Below are positions 32,953 to 41,458 of a DNA stretch of 45,876 nt, one piece after another (position 1 is the stretch's first letter; each line of letters opens with the position of its first letter). The stretch spans positions 1 to 45,876 of IMG/VR virus record IMGVR_UViG_3300039016_000025, one strand, 5' to 3'. Made by a program: the position numbers and the translations under genes. The notes beneath the pieces were generated by a model. It saw only the letters and a list, made by a program, of their open reading frames with translations, was not told where the DNA came from and searched no databases. Source of the stretch: a virus.

Positions 32953-34092
32953 TTAAGCCGACTCCTTCATGCTGGTGCGTGCAGCCTCCAATCGTGCATT
33001 GGCGATGGCGGTATATTGCGGGTCCAATTCAAAGCCAATGAATTGGAAACCCTCGAGAATCGCCGCCTTGCCAGTGCTTCCCGACCCAGCGAACGGGTCG
33101 ACGATCAGCCCCCCGGGCGGCGTGACCAGGCGGCACAGGTAGCGCATAAGCTCCGTCGGCTTAACGGTCGGGTGCGGGTTTTTTGCATCGGCGTTCATGT
33201 TGCGTGGGGAGCCGTCGCCATTTTTCGACAAGCCAGTGCCGGCCGCAAAATTAGCCATGACCGCGTCGAACGCTTCCAAGCCTTCATTGCGGTCGCGCTT
33301 GCTAGCCTTGGCGCAATAGAAGAAGCGTGCCGCGGAGCCCGTGCCGCAATCGACCTTGGTGCGTTCGCCACCCAAGTATTCAGCGGAGCCCGTGCCGACC
33401 GCCCCGTCCCCATAGCCGCTAATTTTGACGTTCGGCACGCTGCCCCCCGACCCGGCGCTGTCAGGGAACATTGCCACAACCTCGTCGCTTCCGTCGTGGA
33501 TCAAGTTCGCAGGGTAGCGACCGGCAGGCGATCCCGGCTTATTCTCATAGTCGGGCAATTCGTAACTGCTCCCATTTCCAACGATGCCCCCGCCGTGCCG
33601 CGTGCGACCTTCGGGGGCATCGTTGGATAACACACGGCACGCGTCGATATTGAGCAACGTCGCCACCTTCGCCGGCTTGCGGGCCATGGTTATGGGCTCC
33701 AAGGCTGGCTTTAAGCTGCTCCGGTGCTTGGGGTATCCGCTGCCGTAGACCCAAGCGATCATGTCGCGGATTTCAAAGCCGGAAATTTGCAAACCTAGCG
33801 CCATTAGGTGCTGTGTCCGTGTACCGGCGAACGCCAGGAGATACCCGCCGGGCTTGAGTACCCGCCAGCATTCGCGCCACATCGACGGCTGGGGCACAAA
33901 AGCGTCCCATTCTTTACCCATAAAGCCGCTCTTGCTTTTGTGGACATAGTCTTTACCGTTCATCCATGCTTGTAGCATCGCCAGCGCGTCGGGCTCTTTG
34001 CCTAGCCCGTACATGGGGTCGCAAACTATCGCGTCGACGCTGTTGTCCGGGAGCATCGCAAGGCCGTGTCGGCAATCCAAGTTCAAAATCAT
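32953..34092 (-). CDS. Orphan DNA methyltransferase, beta-class N6A/N4C family (motif IV DPMY)
   Basis: 379 aa. Has DPMYGLG early and VDPFAGSGSTG late. No adjacent nuclease. Confidence 0.8.
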   Translation of the reverse strand: MILNLDCRHGLAMLPDNSVDAIVCDPMYGLGKEPDALAMLQAWMNGKDYVHKSKSGFMGKEWDAFVPQPSMWRECWRVLKPGGYLLAFAGTRTQHLMALGLQISGFEIRDMIAWVYGSGYPKHRSSLKPALEPITMARKPAKVATLLNIDACRVLSNDAPEGRTRHGGGIVGNGSSYELPDYENKPGSPAGRYPANLIHDGSDEVVAMFPDSAGSGGSVPNVKISGYGDGAVGTGSAEYLGGERTKVDCGTGSAARFFYCAKASKRDRNEGLEAFDAVMANFAAGTGLSKNGDGSPRNMNADAKNPHPTVKPTELMRYLCRLVTPPGGLIVDPFAGSGSTGKAAILEGFQFIGFELDPQYTAIANARLEAARTSMKESA

Positions 34093-34106
34093 TTTTATCT
34101 ACCCTG

Positions 34107-34135
34107 TTGACGTGTTCGTCATTATCGGCTACAAT
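34107..34135 (+). promoter_or_regulatory. Rightward early promoter TTGACG-17-TACAAT
   Basis: Hexamers and spacing read directly in the 91-bp divergent intergenic region. Confidence 0.6.
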
Positions 34136-34150
34136 GGCACCTGTAGTCAA
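34121..34150 (-). promoter_or_regulatory. Candidate leftward promoter TTGACT-18-GATAAT overlapping the rightward one
   Basis: Minus strand reads ttgact acaggtgccattgtagcc gataat. Confidence 0.35.
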
Positions 34151-34183
34151 TGCCCTTCATCAACTTTCGGAGAACCTTACATC

Positions 34184-35179
34184 ATGAGTATGCAAATCAG
34201 CGTCGACCCTGCAGCCCTGTCCCAAGAGCAACGCGAAGCGGTCGCCGGTTTTATTCTGGCCTATCCCGGCAAGGCTTGTTCCGGAACGTGCGGCCACGCC
34301 GTCGCGGAGATTCACGCCCACGCGCACGCCGCCCCGGTTGCCGCTGGCGCCACTACTGCCCCGGCGCTCGACCCGGAGATTGCGGCCCTTGTCAAAGACG
34401 ACGGCGAGTTCCAAGCGTCCGTCGCATTTGGCGGTCACGGTTCCCCGGCGCTTGATGCCGACGCGGCAAAATTGAATGCCATTTTCGGACAGGGTGCCGC
34501 CGGCCCCACACTTGCCGACGTGGGTCTTGCTCCGGCCGCGGCCTTCGGAGTGCCCCCCGTCCCTTTGGTCGTTTCCACCCCCGCAATTGCGGCGGGCGCT
34601 ATCGTTGCCCCGCCGCCCCCGGCGAATACTGCCCCGATTACGACGACGCCTGGCGTTGCCTCTTCGGTCGCGGGTGTCGATTTGGACGCAAAGGGGTTCC
34701 CTTGGGATAACCGCATTCATGCTGGCACCAAGCGCAAGAACGCCGACGGTTCTTGGATGGCCAAGCGTGGCGTTGACCCGGCGCTGGTTGCCGCGGTTGA
34801 AGCCCAATTGCGCCAGGTCATGGGGGCCGCACCCGCCCCTTTGGCCCAAGGCGTTGCACCTGCTCCGACTGGCGCTGTCCCCCAGCCGGTAGCGCCCCCG
34901 CCCGCTCCCGTCCCTGTAGCTGGTGCGGCACCTTCCATGCCGGCGGCCCCGAGTGCTGCCCCCGCGGGTGAAGTGCCCCAGGATGCCCGGCAACAATTCG
35001 TCGGGCTGGTTGGGCGTGCCTCCGCGGCTATCCAGGGCCAGAAGGTCACGCAAGCCGAAGTCACCCAGATTTGCGCCGACTCCGGTATCCCGGCCCTCCC
35101 GTTGCTGGCAAACCGGCTGGATTTGGTTGCCACGGTTGCGTCGCGTATCGACGCCCTGATTGCGGCCCGTAGCCAATGA
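34184..35179 (+). CDS. Ala/Pro-rich early protein of unknown function
   Basis: Track ORF is 33998..35179. Preferred start is ATG 34184, after GGAGA and downstream of the promoter. Conserved island GFPWDNRIHAGTKRKNADGSWMAKRG. Confidence 0.6.
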   Translation: MSMQISVDPAALSQEQREAVAGFILAYPGKACSGTCGHAVAEIHAHAHAAPVAAGATTAPALDPEIAALVKDDGEFQASVAFGGHGSPALDADAAKLNAIFGQGAAGPTLADVGLAPAAAFGVPPVPLVVSTPAIAAGAIVAPPPPANTAPITTTPGVASSVAGVDLDAKGFPWDNRIHAGTKRKNADGSWMAKRGVDPALVAAVEAQLRQVMGAAPAPLAQGVAPAPTGAVPQPVAPPPAPVPVAGAAPSMPAAPSAAPAGEVPQDARQQFVGLVGRASAAIQGQKVTQAEVTQICADSGIPALPLLANRLDLVATVASRIDALIAARSQ

Positions 35180-36312
35180 GCGGCGCCCATTCAATCCTTC
35201 CGCCCTCCGGGGCGGGGGCTTGGAAGTTGTGCGCCCTTTGGGTCGCAATGAACCAGGCTTACCCGCAAGCGGACACGCCGGAAACGCTGGAAGGCAACGC
35301 GGCCCATTGGGTCTTTGCGGAAATGCTGGCCGGGCGCCAAGTGTCCGAAGGCATGCAAGCGCCCAATGGTGTTTTCATTACCGACGAAATGATCGAAGGC
35401 GCCAAACTTGTGGTTGACACGGTTCGCGCCAGGATTCCCGCCGGTACAGTCTTGCATGTTGAAGAGCCCGTCGCAATCCCGCGGATTCACGCGCAATGCT
35501 GGGGCACGCCTGATATTTGGGCGTTCGTACAGGATGCGCTAACCCTTGAGGTTATCGACTACAAGTTCGGGCACCGCTTTGTCGATGAATACGAAAACGA
35601 CCAGGGCGTGGCCTGCACCGCGGGCATTCTTGACCATTTGGCGGACGTGCTGGGGAAAGGCCCCGGGCTTCTTGACCAGGCCATAAAAGTTAATTTTACG
35701 GTCGTGCAACCGCGTTGCTTCTACAAGGGGTCGCCGGTTCGTACTTGGTCGGTCATGGCTTCGGACCTTCGCGCCCACATTAACCAGCTTGCCAACGCGG
35801 CCGGGGTTGCCCTGGCGCCGAATCCGCCGGCCGTTACCAATTCGGAATGCGTGGATTGCCCCGGCCGTCATGCGTGCCCGGCCCTGCAGCAAGCCGCGTA
35901 CCACGACGCGGAGTTCGCCGTAAGGTCTTCCCCCGTGGAATTGCCGCCGGTCGCCGCAAGCCTTGAATTGCGAATGATGGAACGGGCCTTAGAGCGGCTA
36001 CAAGCCCGCGTCGAGGGCATGCGGGAAGCCGTGGCGACGTACATTCGCCAAGGTCATTCCGTGCCGTACCATCGGGCGGAACAAGGTTACGGTCGCCAGC
36101 AATGGACGATGCCCGTCGACCAAGTGCTGGCAATGGGTCAACTCATGGGCGTCGACCTCTCCAAGCCCGGAGTTAAGACGCCGAAGCAGGCGCAAAAAGC
36201 CGGTGTTGACGAAGCCGTCATTAAGGCTTACAGTGTTATCCCCATGGGGTCGGTAAAATTGGTCCCTGACAATCCAGCCGACGCCCGCCGGGTATTCGGT
36301 ACAACCTACTAG
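35176..36312 (+). CDS. PD-(D/E)XK Cas4/RecB-like nuclease (DUF2800-like)
   Basis: 378 aa, ATGA-coupled. Has VIDYKFG plus a Cys cluster (an N-terminal C and CVDCPGRHAC). Confidence 0.65.
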   Translation: MSGAHSILPPSGAGAWKLCALWVAMNQAYPQADTPETLEGNAAHWVFAEMLAGRQVSEGMQAPNGVFITDEMIEGAKLVVDTVRARIPAGTVLHVEEPVAIPRIHAQCWGTPDIWAFVQDALTLEVIDYKFGHRFVDEYENDQGVACTAGILDHLADVLGKGPGLLDQAIKVNFTVVQPRCFYKGSPVRTWSVMASDLRAHINQLANAAGVALAPNPPAVTNSECVDCPGRHACPALQQAAYHDAEFAVRSSPVELPPVAASLELRMMERALERLQARVEGMREAVATYIRQGHSVPYHRAEQGYGRQQWTMPVDQVLAMGQLMGVDLSKPGVKTPKQAQKAGVDEAVIKAYSVIPMGSVKLVPDNPADARRVFGTTY

Positions 36313-36326
36313 GAAAGGTGTAGACG

Positions 36327-36551
36327 ATGGACAATCAACATAAACACATTAAGGGATACCGCGATTTGACGGCGGAAGAAATTGCCCTGATGAATGAAAT
36401 TAAAGCGCAAGGTGAACAACTTGGCGCATTGGTCGAAAAGCTCCGCGCAACTAGCCTGCTCGACCAACGTTGGGTAAGCATCGGCGCGACCGATCTGCAA
36501 ATGGGCATCATGGCGCTTGTTCGTGGTGTTGCCCAACCAACGACGTTTTAA
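36327..36551 (+). CDS. Conserved small phage protein, unknown function
   Basis: 74 aa. HKHIKGYRDLTAEEIALMNEIKAQGE ... RWVSIGATDLQMG. Confidence 0.55.
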   Translation: MDNQHKHIKGYRDLTAEEIALMNEIKAQGEQLGALVEKLRATSLLDQRWVSIGATDLQMGIMALVRGVAQPTTF

Positions 36552-36584
36552 GCCACTCGCACCACAATCTAAGGAGTTTTCCAC

Positions 36585-37646
36585 ATGGCACAAAAAGTTA
36601 ACATCACTTCGCCCGTCGGCCGTATCGTCATGGGTTCCCTGTATGACCCGTCGACCACGGACGCCGAAGGCAAGCCGCTGGTCGTCAAGACCGGCCCGAA
36701 CGCCGGCCAGCCCCGCGTCAACTACTTTTTCGCCCTGGCAATCCCCAAGGGTGTGGAACCGCATTGGGCGCACACGCCTTGGGGGCAACAGATTTGGAAC
36801 GTCGGCAATCAGGCTTTCCCGAACGCCGCGCAATCCCCGGCCTTCGCGTGGAAGATTGAAGACGGCGACAGCCAGATTCCCAACAAGAAGGGCCGGAAGC
36901 CGTGCGATAACGAAGGCTGGCGCGGGCATTGGATTCTGAAATTCTCCGGCGGCTTCGCCCCGAAGGTGTACCAGCAAGAGGGCGCCGGCTATGTTCAAGT
37001 CATGCAAAAAGACTTCTGCAAACCTGGCTACTTCGTGGAAGTTGCCTTTAGCGTCGAGGGTAACGGTAGCCAATCGCAACCGGGCGTCTACCTCAATCAT
37101 TCCATGGTTTGCTTCCGCGCCTACGGCCAGGAAATTACCTTTGGTCCCGACGTGGCTTCCGCTGGCTTCGGCGCAGCTCCGTTGCCCGCTGGCGCCAGCA
37201 TGACGCCGCCGGCCGGTGCCATTCCGATGCCCCAGGCCCCCGCCGCCGCTCCGGCCCTTCCCGGCGCCCCGGCTGGCTATGCACCGCCTCCGGTGCCCGG
37301 CATGATGCCCCAGGCCCCCGCCGCCGCTCCCGTGGCCTATGCGCCGCCCCCGGGCGTTCCGCAAGTACCTGGCGTGGCTCCGGCCCCTTTGGCGCCCGCT
37401 GGTTTTGCGCCGACGCCCTCCGTCCCTGTCCCGGGTGCGCCTGCGCCCATCCCGGTTACTCCTAACCCGGGCTTTGTGCAGGTTCCGCCGCCGGCCGCCG
37501 CTCCGGCACCGATGGCGCCCCCGCCCGCTCCGGTCGCCCCCGTGCGTCAAATGACGGCAGCTGCGCAAGGCGTGACCTATGACGCCTACGTCGCCGCCGG
37601 CTGGTCCGACGCTCAGTTGGTCCAAAACGGTTTGATGTTGGCTTAA
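36585..37646 (+). CDS. ssDNA-binding protein, DUF2815-like, with a long Pro/Ala linker and a conserved C-terminal tail
   Basis: 353 aa, AAGGAG RBS. The OB-like N-terminal 190 aa are followed by about 130 aa of P/A-rich linker. The tail is GWSDAQLVQNGLMLA. Confidence 0.65.
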   Translation: MAQKVNITSPVGRIVMGSLYDPSTTDAEGKPLVVKTGPNAGQPRVNYFFALAIPKGVEPHWAHTPWGQQIWNVGNQAFPNAAQSPAFAWKIEDGDSQIPNKKGRKPCDNEGWRGHWILKFSGGFAPKVYQQEGAGYVQVMQKDFCKPGYFVEVAFSVEGNGSQSQPGVYLNHSMVCFRAYGQEITFGPDVASAGFGAAPLPAGASMTPPAGAIPMPQAPAAAPALPGAPAGYAPPPVPGMMPQAPAAAPVAYAPPPGVPQVPGVAPAPLAPAGFAPTPSVPVPGAPAPIPVTPNPGFVQVPPPAAAPAPMAPPPAPVAPVRQMTAAAQGVTYDAYVAAGWSDAQLVQNGLMLA

Positions 37647-37653
37647 CGCAACC

Positions 37654-37685
37654 GCCTGGCCCTTCGGGGCCGGGCATTTTTATTT
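37654..37685 (+). terminator. Intrinsic terminator (9-bp stem, UUCG loop, T-run)
   Basis: gcctggccc ttcg gggccgggc atttttattt. Confidence 0.8.
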
Positions 37686-37696
37686 GTTTCGGGGTG

Positions 37697-37725
37697 TTGA
37701 CATAGGTAAATTATTTATCTAAAAT
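37697..37725 (+). promoter_or_regulatory. Early promoter cassette copy 5 (TTGACA-17-TAAAAT)
   Basis: ttgaca taggtaaattatttatc taaaat. Confidence 0.75.
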
Positions 37726-37759
37726 CACTCCATCAACTCAACAAACCGGAGCAAATCAA

Positions 37760-38014
37760 ATGTCTAAATTCTCTTGCCAGTGCGGACGGTGTGGCGGTAG
37801 TGGCAAATATGACCGCGGCTCCTGTTTTGACTGCAATGGGCTTGGCTTTAAGAATGTTGCCCGTAAGCCGACGTTACTCGCTCACGTTCTGACTGTCACT
37901 TACAGCAATGGGAGCGTCAACACGGTTACGATTTACGCCAGCCTTCGCGCTGTTGCTGTGGAAATCGTTTCGCGGCAATTGAAAATCAAAGGTTGGATTG
38001 GTGAAGTTAAATGA
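37760..38014 (+). CDS. Small protein with DnaJ-type CxxCxGxG zinc-finger repeats
   Basis: 84 aa. CGRCGGSGK and CFDCNGLGF. Confidence 0.6.
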   Translation: MSKFSCQCGRCGGSGKYDRGSCFDCNGLGFKNVARKPTLLAHVLTVTYSNGSVNTVTIYASLRAVAVEIVSRQLKIKGWIGEVK

Positions 38015-38214
38015 AAAAGCGCGACCCCTTTGCTGCGGCCGAACAAAAGGGTCGCCGAGCGGCCCGCGACGGCCTTCCTATTACGGCATGCCCTTACGCC
38101 GATATCAGGAAGCCGTCGGGTAAATTGTCATGGTCAAGAGCGTGGCGTAACACTTGGATTATCGCGTATGAATCCGAACGCGTTAACATGGGTCACAAAC
38201 CCCCTTTTAGATGA
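38011..38214 (+). CDS. Rmf/CrpP-fold-like small protein
   Basis: 67 aa, ATGA-coupled. Pattern is GRRAARDGLPITACPY ... W. Confidence 0.45.
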   Translation: MKKRDPFAAAEQKGRRAARDGLPITACPYADIRKPSGKLSWSRAWRNTWIIAYESERVNMGHKPPFR

Positions 38215-38223
38215 GCGTGAATT

Positions 38224-38376
38224 ATGAGCAAATGGGATAGCCGTTTTATGGACCTTGCCCGGCTGGTTGCCAGTTGGAGTAAAGACCAGTCGACCCAAGT
38301 TGGCGCCGTCATTGTCGACCAAGACAAGCGCATAGTTTCAACCGGATTTAACGGCTTTCCCCGTTGCGTCAAATGA
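38224..38376 (+). pseudogene. Truncated dCMP/CMP deaminase (first 50 codons only; zinc-binding HAE/PCxxC motifs absent)
   Basis: MSKWDSRFMDLARLVASWSKDQSTQVGAVIVDQDKRIVSTGFNGFP matches the deaminase N-terminus. It is followed by a premature TGA at the junction with the duplicated segment. Confidence 0.6.
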
Positions 38377-38498
38377 CGGCCGCGGCGCAAGGCATCCCCT
38401 ATGAATCCTACATTCAACAGGGGTGGACCGACGCCATGCTGGTACAAAACGGGCTGATGCTGGCCTAATCGCAACCGCCTGGCCCTTCGGGGCCGGGC
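38366..38498 (+). repeat. Diverged second copy of the SSB 3-prime end plus terminator hairpin (copy 1 is 37544-37675)
   Basis: Aligned by eye. The hairpin is identical. The coding part encodes MTAAAQGIPYESYIQQGWTDAMLVQNGLMLA, against copy 1 MTAAAQGVTYDAYVAAGWSDAQLVQNGLMLA. Confidence 0.85.
38373..38468 (+). CDS. Possible 31-aa free-standing copy of the SSB tail peptide (ATGA-coupled to the deaminase remnant)
   Basis: The ATG overlaps the TGA of the remnant. The last 9 codons differ from copy 1 only synonymously. Confidence 0.3.
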   Translation: MTAAAQGIPYESYIQQGWTDAMLVQNGLMLA

Positions 38499-38509
38499 GC
38501 CCCTTTTGA
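38477..38509 (+). terminator. Second copy of the UUCG-loop hairpin, with a weaker T-run
   Basis: gcctggccc ttcg gggccgggc gcccctttt. Confidence 0.5.
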
Positions 38510-38519
38510 AGACGATTTA

Positions 38520-39440
38520 ATGCTGATATTCAAAAATAACAATGTGGCAAGCGTGATGATTGGCGATTGCTTAACGTCGCTTGCCACACTGCCTGAACGC
38601 TCGGTTAATTGCTGCGTTACTTCGCCGCCCTATTATGGCTTGCGCGACTACGGTGTCGACGGACAAATCGGCCTTGAAGACTCCCCCGACGCCTACGTCG
38701 CTAGATTGGTCGAAGTGTTCCGCGAAGTCCGTCGGGTACTGACTGACGACGGCACGCTATGGCTAAATATCGGTGACAGTTACGCCAGCAACCCGGCCAG
38801 CGGTGGCAATCGGTCTAGCAAAATGACAGGTGGCGAACATAAGCGCACGCCAACCGAGCACAAATATCGGCGACCCGACGGCCTCAAACCCAAAGACCTT
38901 ATAGGGATTCCCTGGCTATTGGCGTTTGCCTTACGTGCGGACGGGTGGTATTTGCGCCAGGATATTATTTGGCACAAGCCAAACCCGATGCCGGAATCAG
39001 TGCGCGACCGATGCACGAAGGCGCATGAATATTTATTTTTACTTTCAAAATCCGAACGGTATTTTTTCGATAGCGATGCGATGCAGGAACCGTCCAAAGG
39101 TCGCACCGATATGGGCCGAATGAATGGAATTGGTCGGATAAATGAAGGTGGATGGTGTACGGAAGAGCCAAAAGAAAAATTAACCCGCAACCGCCGAAGC
39201 GTATGGACAGTAACGCCAAAACCTTACAAGGGAGCACATTTCGCCGTCTACCCGCCCGAACTTATTGAACCTTGCGTATTGGCCGGATGCCCGGAGGGGG
39301 GCACTGTTTTAGACCCTTTCGGCGGCTCCGGCACGACGGGCGGCGTGGCCTTGAAGCATGGTAGAAACGCCGTTCTTTGCGAACTTAGCCCGGATTACGT
39401 GGCACTCATGCCCGCACGAATTGAGTCGATAGCATGCTGA
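38520..39440 (+). CDS. Orphan DNA methyltransferase, beta-class (motif IV SPPY, suggesting N4-cytosine or N6-adenine)
   Basis: 306 aa. Has TSPPYYGLRDY early and LDPFGGSGTTG late. GC is markedly lower than in the neighbours. Confidence 0.8.
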   Translation: MLIFKNNNVASVMIGDCLTSLATLPERSVNCCVTSPPYYGLRDYGVDGQIGLEDSPDAYVARLVEVFREVRRVLTDDGTLWLNIGDSYASNPASGGNRSSKMTGGEHKRTPTEHKYRRPDGLKPKDLIGIPWLLAFALRADGWYLRQDIIWHKPNPMPESVRDRCTKAHEYLFLLSKSERYFFDSDAMQEPSKGRTDMGRMNGIGRINEGGWCTEEPKEKLTRNRRSVWTVTPKPYKGAHFAVYPPELIEPCVLAGCPEGGTVLDPFGGSGTTGGVALKHGRNAVLCELSPDYVALMPARIESIAC

Positions 39441-41458
39441 TTGCCCCACCCCCGCCGCCGGCCACAGCGGCCCGCCCCGTGGCCTTCTACGATACGGAAT
39501 GCTTCCCCAACTATTGGTTGCTCAAGTTCCGCCCCCGCGGCGGTCAAGCGTACAGCTTCCGGCTACGGGCGGGGCAAGCGTTCGACCTTGTTACCGCGTC
39601 CCGCATTCGGCTGTTGTTCGACGCCTATTGCTCCGTCAGTTTCAACGGCAACTATTACGACGTCCCCATGATTACCGCGGCGCTGTCCGGCTACACCGCG
39701 GAGCAATTGAAATGGCTTAACGACCGCATCATCGTTGAAAAGGTGAAGCCTTGGGAACTTGGCTTGCCGGAGTGGCGCCCCGCGGACCATATCGACGTCA
39801 TGGAAGTCGCCCCGGGCGCCGGTTCCCAAAAGCAGTACGCCGGCCGGATTCACTGTAAGACAATGCGCGACCTCCCCTATGACCCGGGCCACTACGTCAC
39901 GGAAGCGGAGATTGTGGAAGTCGACACGTATTGCGAAAACGACCTTGCCGTGCTGGAAGCCCTCTTTGACGCCCTGCAGCCGATGATTGAACAGCGGGAA
40001 GCCTTGGGCAATCGCTACGGCTTGGACCTCCGGAGCAAGTCCGATGCCCAAGTCGCGGAGGCTGTACTTAAGCGCCGTTGTGAACAGGCCCTTGGGCAAC
40101 GCATTTACAAGCCGGAAATTGATTGGAATTTAGCGTTTCGGTACAAGGTGCCGCCGTTCATTTCCTACACGCTCCCGCAACTGCAAAGGGCCTTGGAACT
40201 GGTCCGCGAATCCGTCTTTAGGCTAGGGCCGTCCGGCGCCGTGGAAATGCCGCCACAGCTTGAAGGGCTGGAAATTACCGTCAACCGTTCGACCTATAAA
40301 ATGGGCATTGGGGGCTTGCACAGCCAGGAGAAAAAACTAGTCGCCGTGAGTGGTCCGAACAACCAAATACGGATGCCGGACGTCGCCAGCTATTACCCAA
40401 ATCTAATTTTGAATTCCGGCGAGTGGCCGCCCGCCCTTGGGCCGACCTTCCTCAAAGAGTACGAATCCATTAAGGATGAACGCCTAGCCGCCAAAGCCTT
40501 GCAAGGGAAATTAAAGAAGGCCGGCGACACAAAGAGCCATGAATATGCCGAAGCCAGGGTCGGCAACGAAGGTGGCAAGATTATGATTAACGGGACTTTT
40601 GGAAAGACCGGGAGCCCGTACAGCGTTCTTTTTGCGCCGACCATGTTGATTCAAACAACAGTAACCGGGCAATTGTCCCTTTTGATGCTGATTGAATGGC
40701 ACGAACTTTACGGAATCCCGGTTATTTCGGCCAATACCGACGGCATAGTCATTGACTGCCCGCGGGATAAGCTGCAGGTCAGTGAATACCTTATTGCTGA
40801 ATGGCAACGCCGCACGGGCTTGGAAATGGAAACGGACGATTACGTCGCCCTCTATGCCCGGGACGTGAACAACTATTTTGCAATCAAGACCCCGGACGAC
40901 GTGAAGCGCAAAGGGGAATATGCCAAAGCCGGTTTGGCTGAAAAGAAAAACCCCGACGTCGAGATTTGCGCGGACGCCGTGGCGGAATTCTTGGCAAAGG
41001 GTGTGCCCGTGGAATACACCATTGCCGCGTGCCGTGATATTCGCAAGTTCGTTACCATCCAGAAGGTCAACGGGGGCGGCGTCAAAATGTGGGGCGAAGG
41101 GCCGCGCAAGGGTGCCAGGGTCATGGATATGGTCGGCACGTTGCAGGCCAACGGATGGACCAAGGAGGGCCGCAAGTGGCGCCGCGGGGACATGCTGGCA
41201 CCAGCGGCCACAGCATACGCCGCGTGCTTCCAGCCCCAAACGCCGGAATACTTGGGAAAGGTGGTGCGCTGGTACTACAGCACGCAAGCGCCTGGCCCCA
41301 TCGTCTACGCCAGTAACGGCAACACGGTAAGCCTTTCCTATGGTGCCCGGCCGTGCATGACGCTACCGGACGAATTCCCGGACGATATCGACTACGCTTG
41401 GTACGTCGGCAAGGCCGAAGCGATGTTGCGGGACGTTGGATATTATCAGTTGACATAG
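39434..41458 (+). CDS. Family B DNA polymerase with 3-5 exonuclease domain
   Basis: 674 aa. Exo I is FYDTECF, motif A DVASYYPN, motif B KIMINGTFGK, motif C SANTDGIV. Confidence 0.8.
   Translation: MLIAPPPPPATAARPVAFYDTECFPNYWLLKFRPRGGQAYSFRLRAGQAFDLVTASRIRLLFDAYCSVSFNGNYYDVPMITAALSGYTAEQLKWLNDRIIVEKVKPWELGLPEWRPADHIDVMEVAPGAGSQKQYAGRIHCKTMRDLPYDPGHYVTEAEIVEVDTYCENDLAVLEALFDALQPMIEQREALGNRYGLDLRSKSDAQVAEAVLKRRCEQALGQRIYKPEIDWNLAFRYKVPPFISYTLPQLQRALELVRESVFRLGPSGAVEMPPQLEGLEITVNRSTYKMGIGGLHSQEKKLVAVSGPNNQIRMPDVASYYPNLILNSGEWPPALGPTFLKEYESIKDERLAAKALQGKLKKAGDTKSHEYAEARVGNEGGKIMINGTFGKTGSPYSVLFAPTMLIQTTVTGQLSLLMLIEWHELYGIPVISANTDGIVIDCPRDKLQVSEYLIAEWQRRTGLEMETDDYVALYARDVNNYFAIKTPDDVKRKGEYAKAGLAEKKNPDVEICADAVAEFLAKGVPVEYTIAACRDIRKFVTIQKVNGGGVKMWGEGPRKGARVMDMVGTLQANGWTKEGRKWRRGDMLAPAATAYAACFQPQTPEYLGKVVRWYYSTQAPGPIVYASNGNTVSLSYGARPCMTLPDEFPDDIDYAWYVGKAEAMLRDVGYYQLT

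Noticed and set aside
33998-34183. N-terminal extension of ORF 33998-35179. The extension of 11988-12578 beyond 12500 is similar.
   Set aside because: The first extension would start inside the divergent methyltransferase gene and upstream of the promoter. The ATG at 34184 with GGAGA fits better. For the second, ATG 12500 in a TAATG overlap fits the coupling pattern of the operon.
34160-35248. 362-aa minus-strand ORF. A 438-aa minus-strand ORF at 36309-37625 is similar.
   Set aside because: Both lie antisense to Pro/Ala-rich linker regions of plus-strand genes. Their sequences are Arg/Gly-rich nonsense, and the GC-rich codon repeats keep every frame open.
38340-38380. Programmed frameshift fusing the deaminase fragment to the duplicated SSB tail.
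   Set aside because: The tail frame is open for only 7 codons upstream of its ATG. No X_XXY_YYZ heptamer lies in the right register, and a 50-aa deaminase fragment lacks the catalytic zinc motifs.
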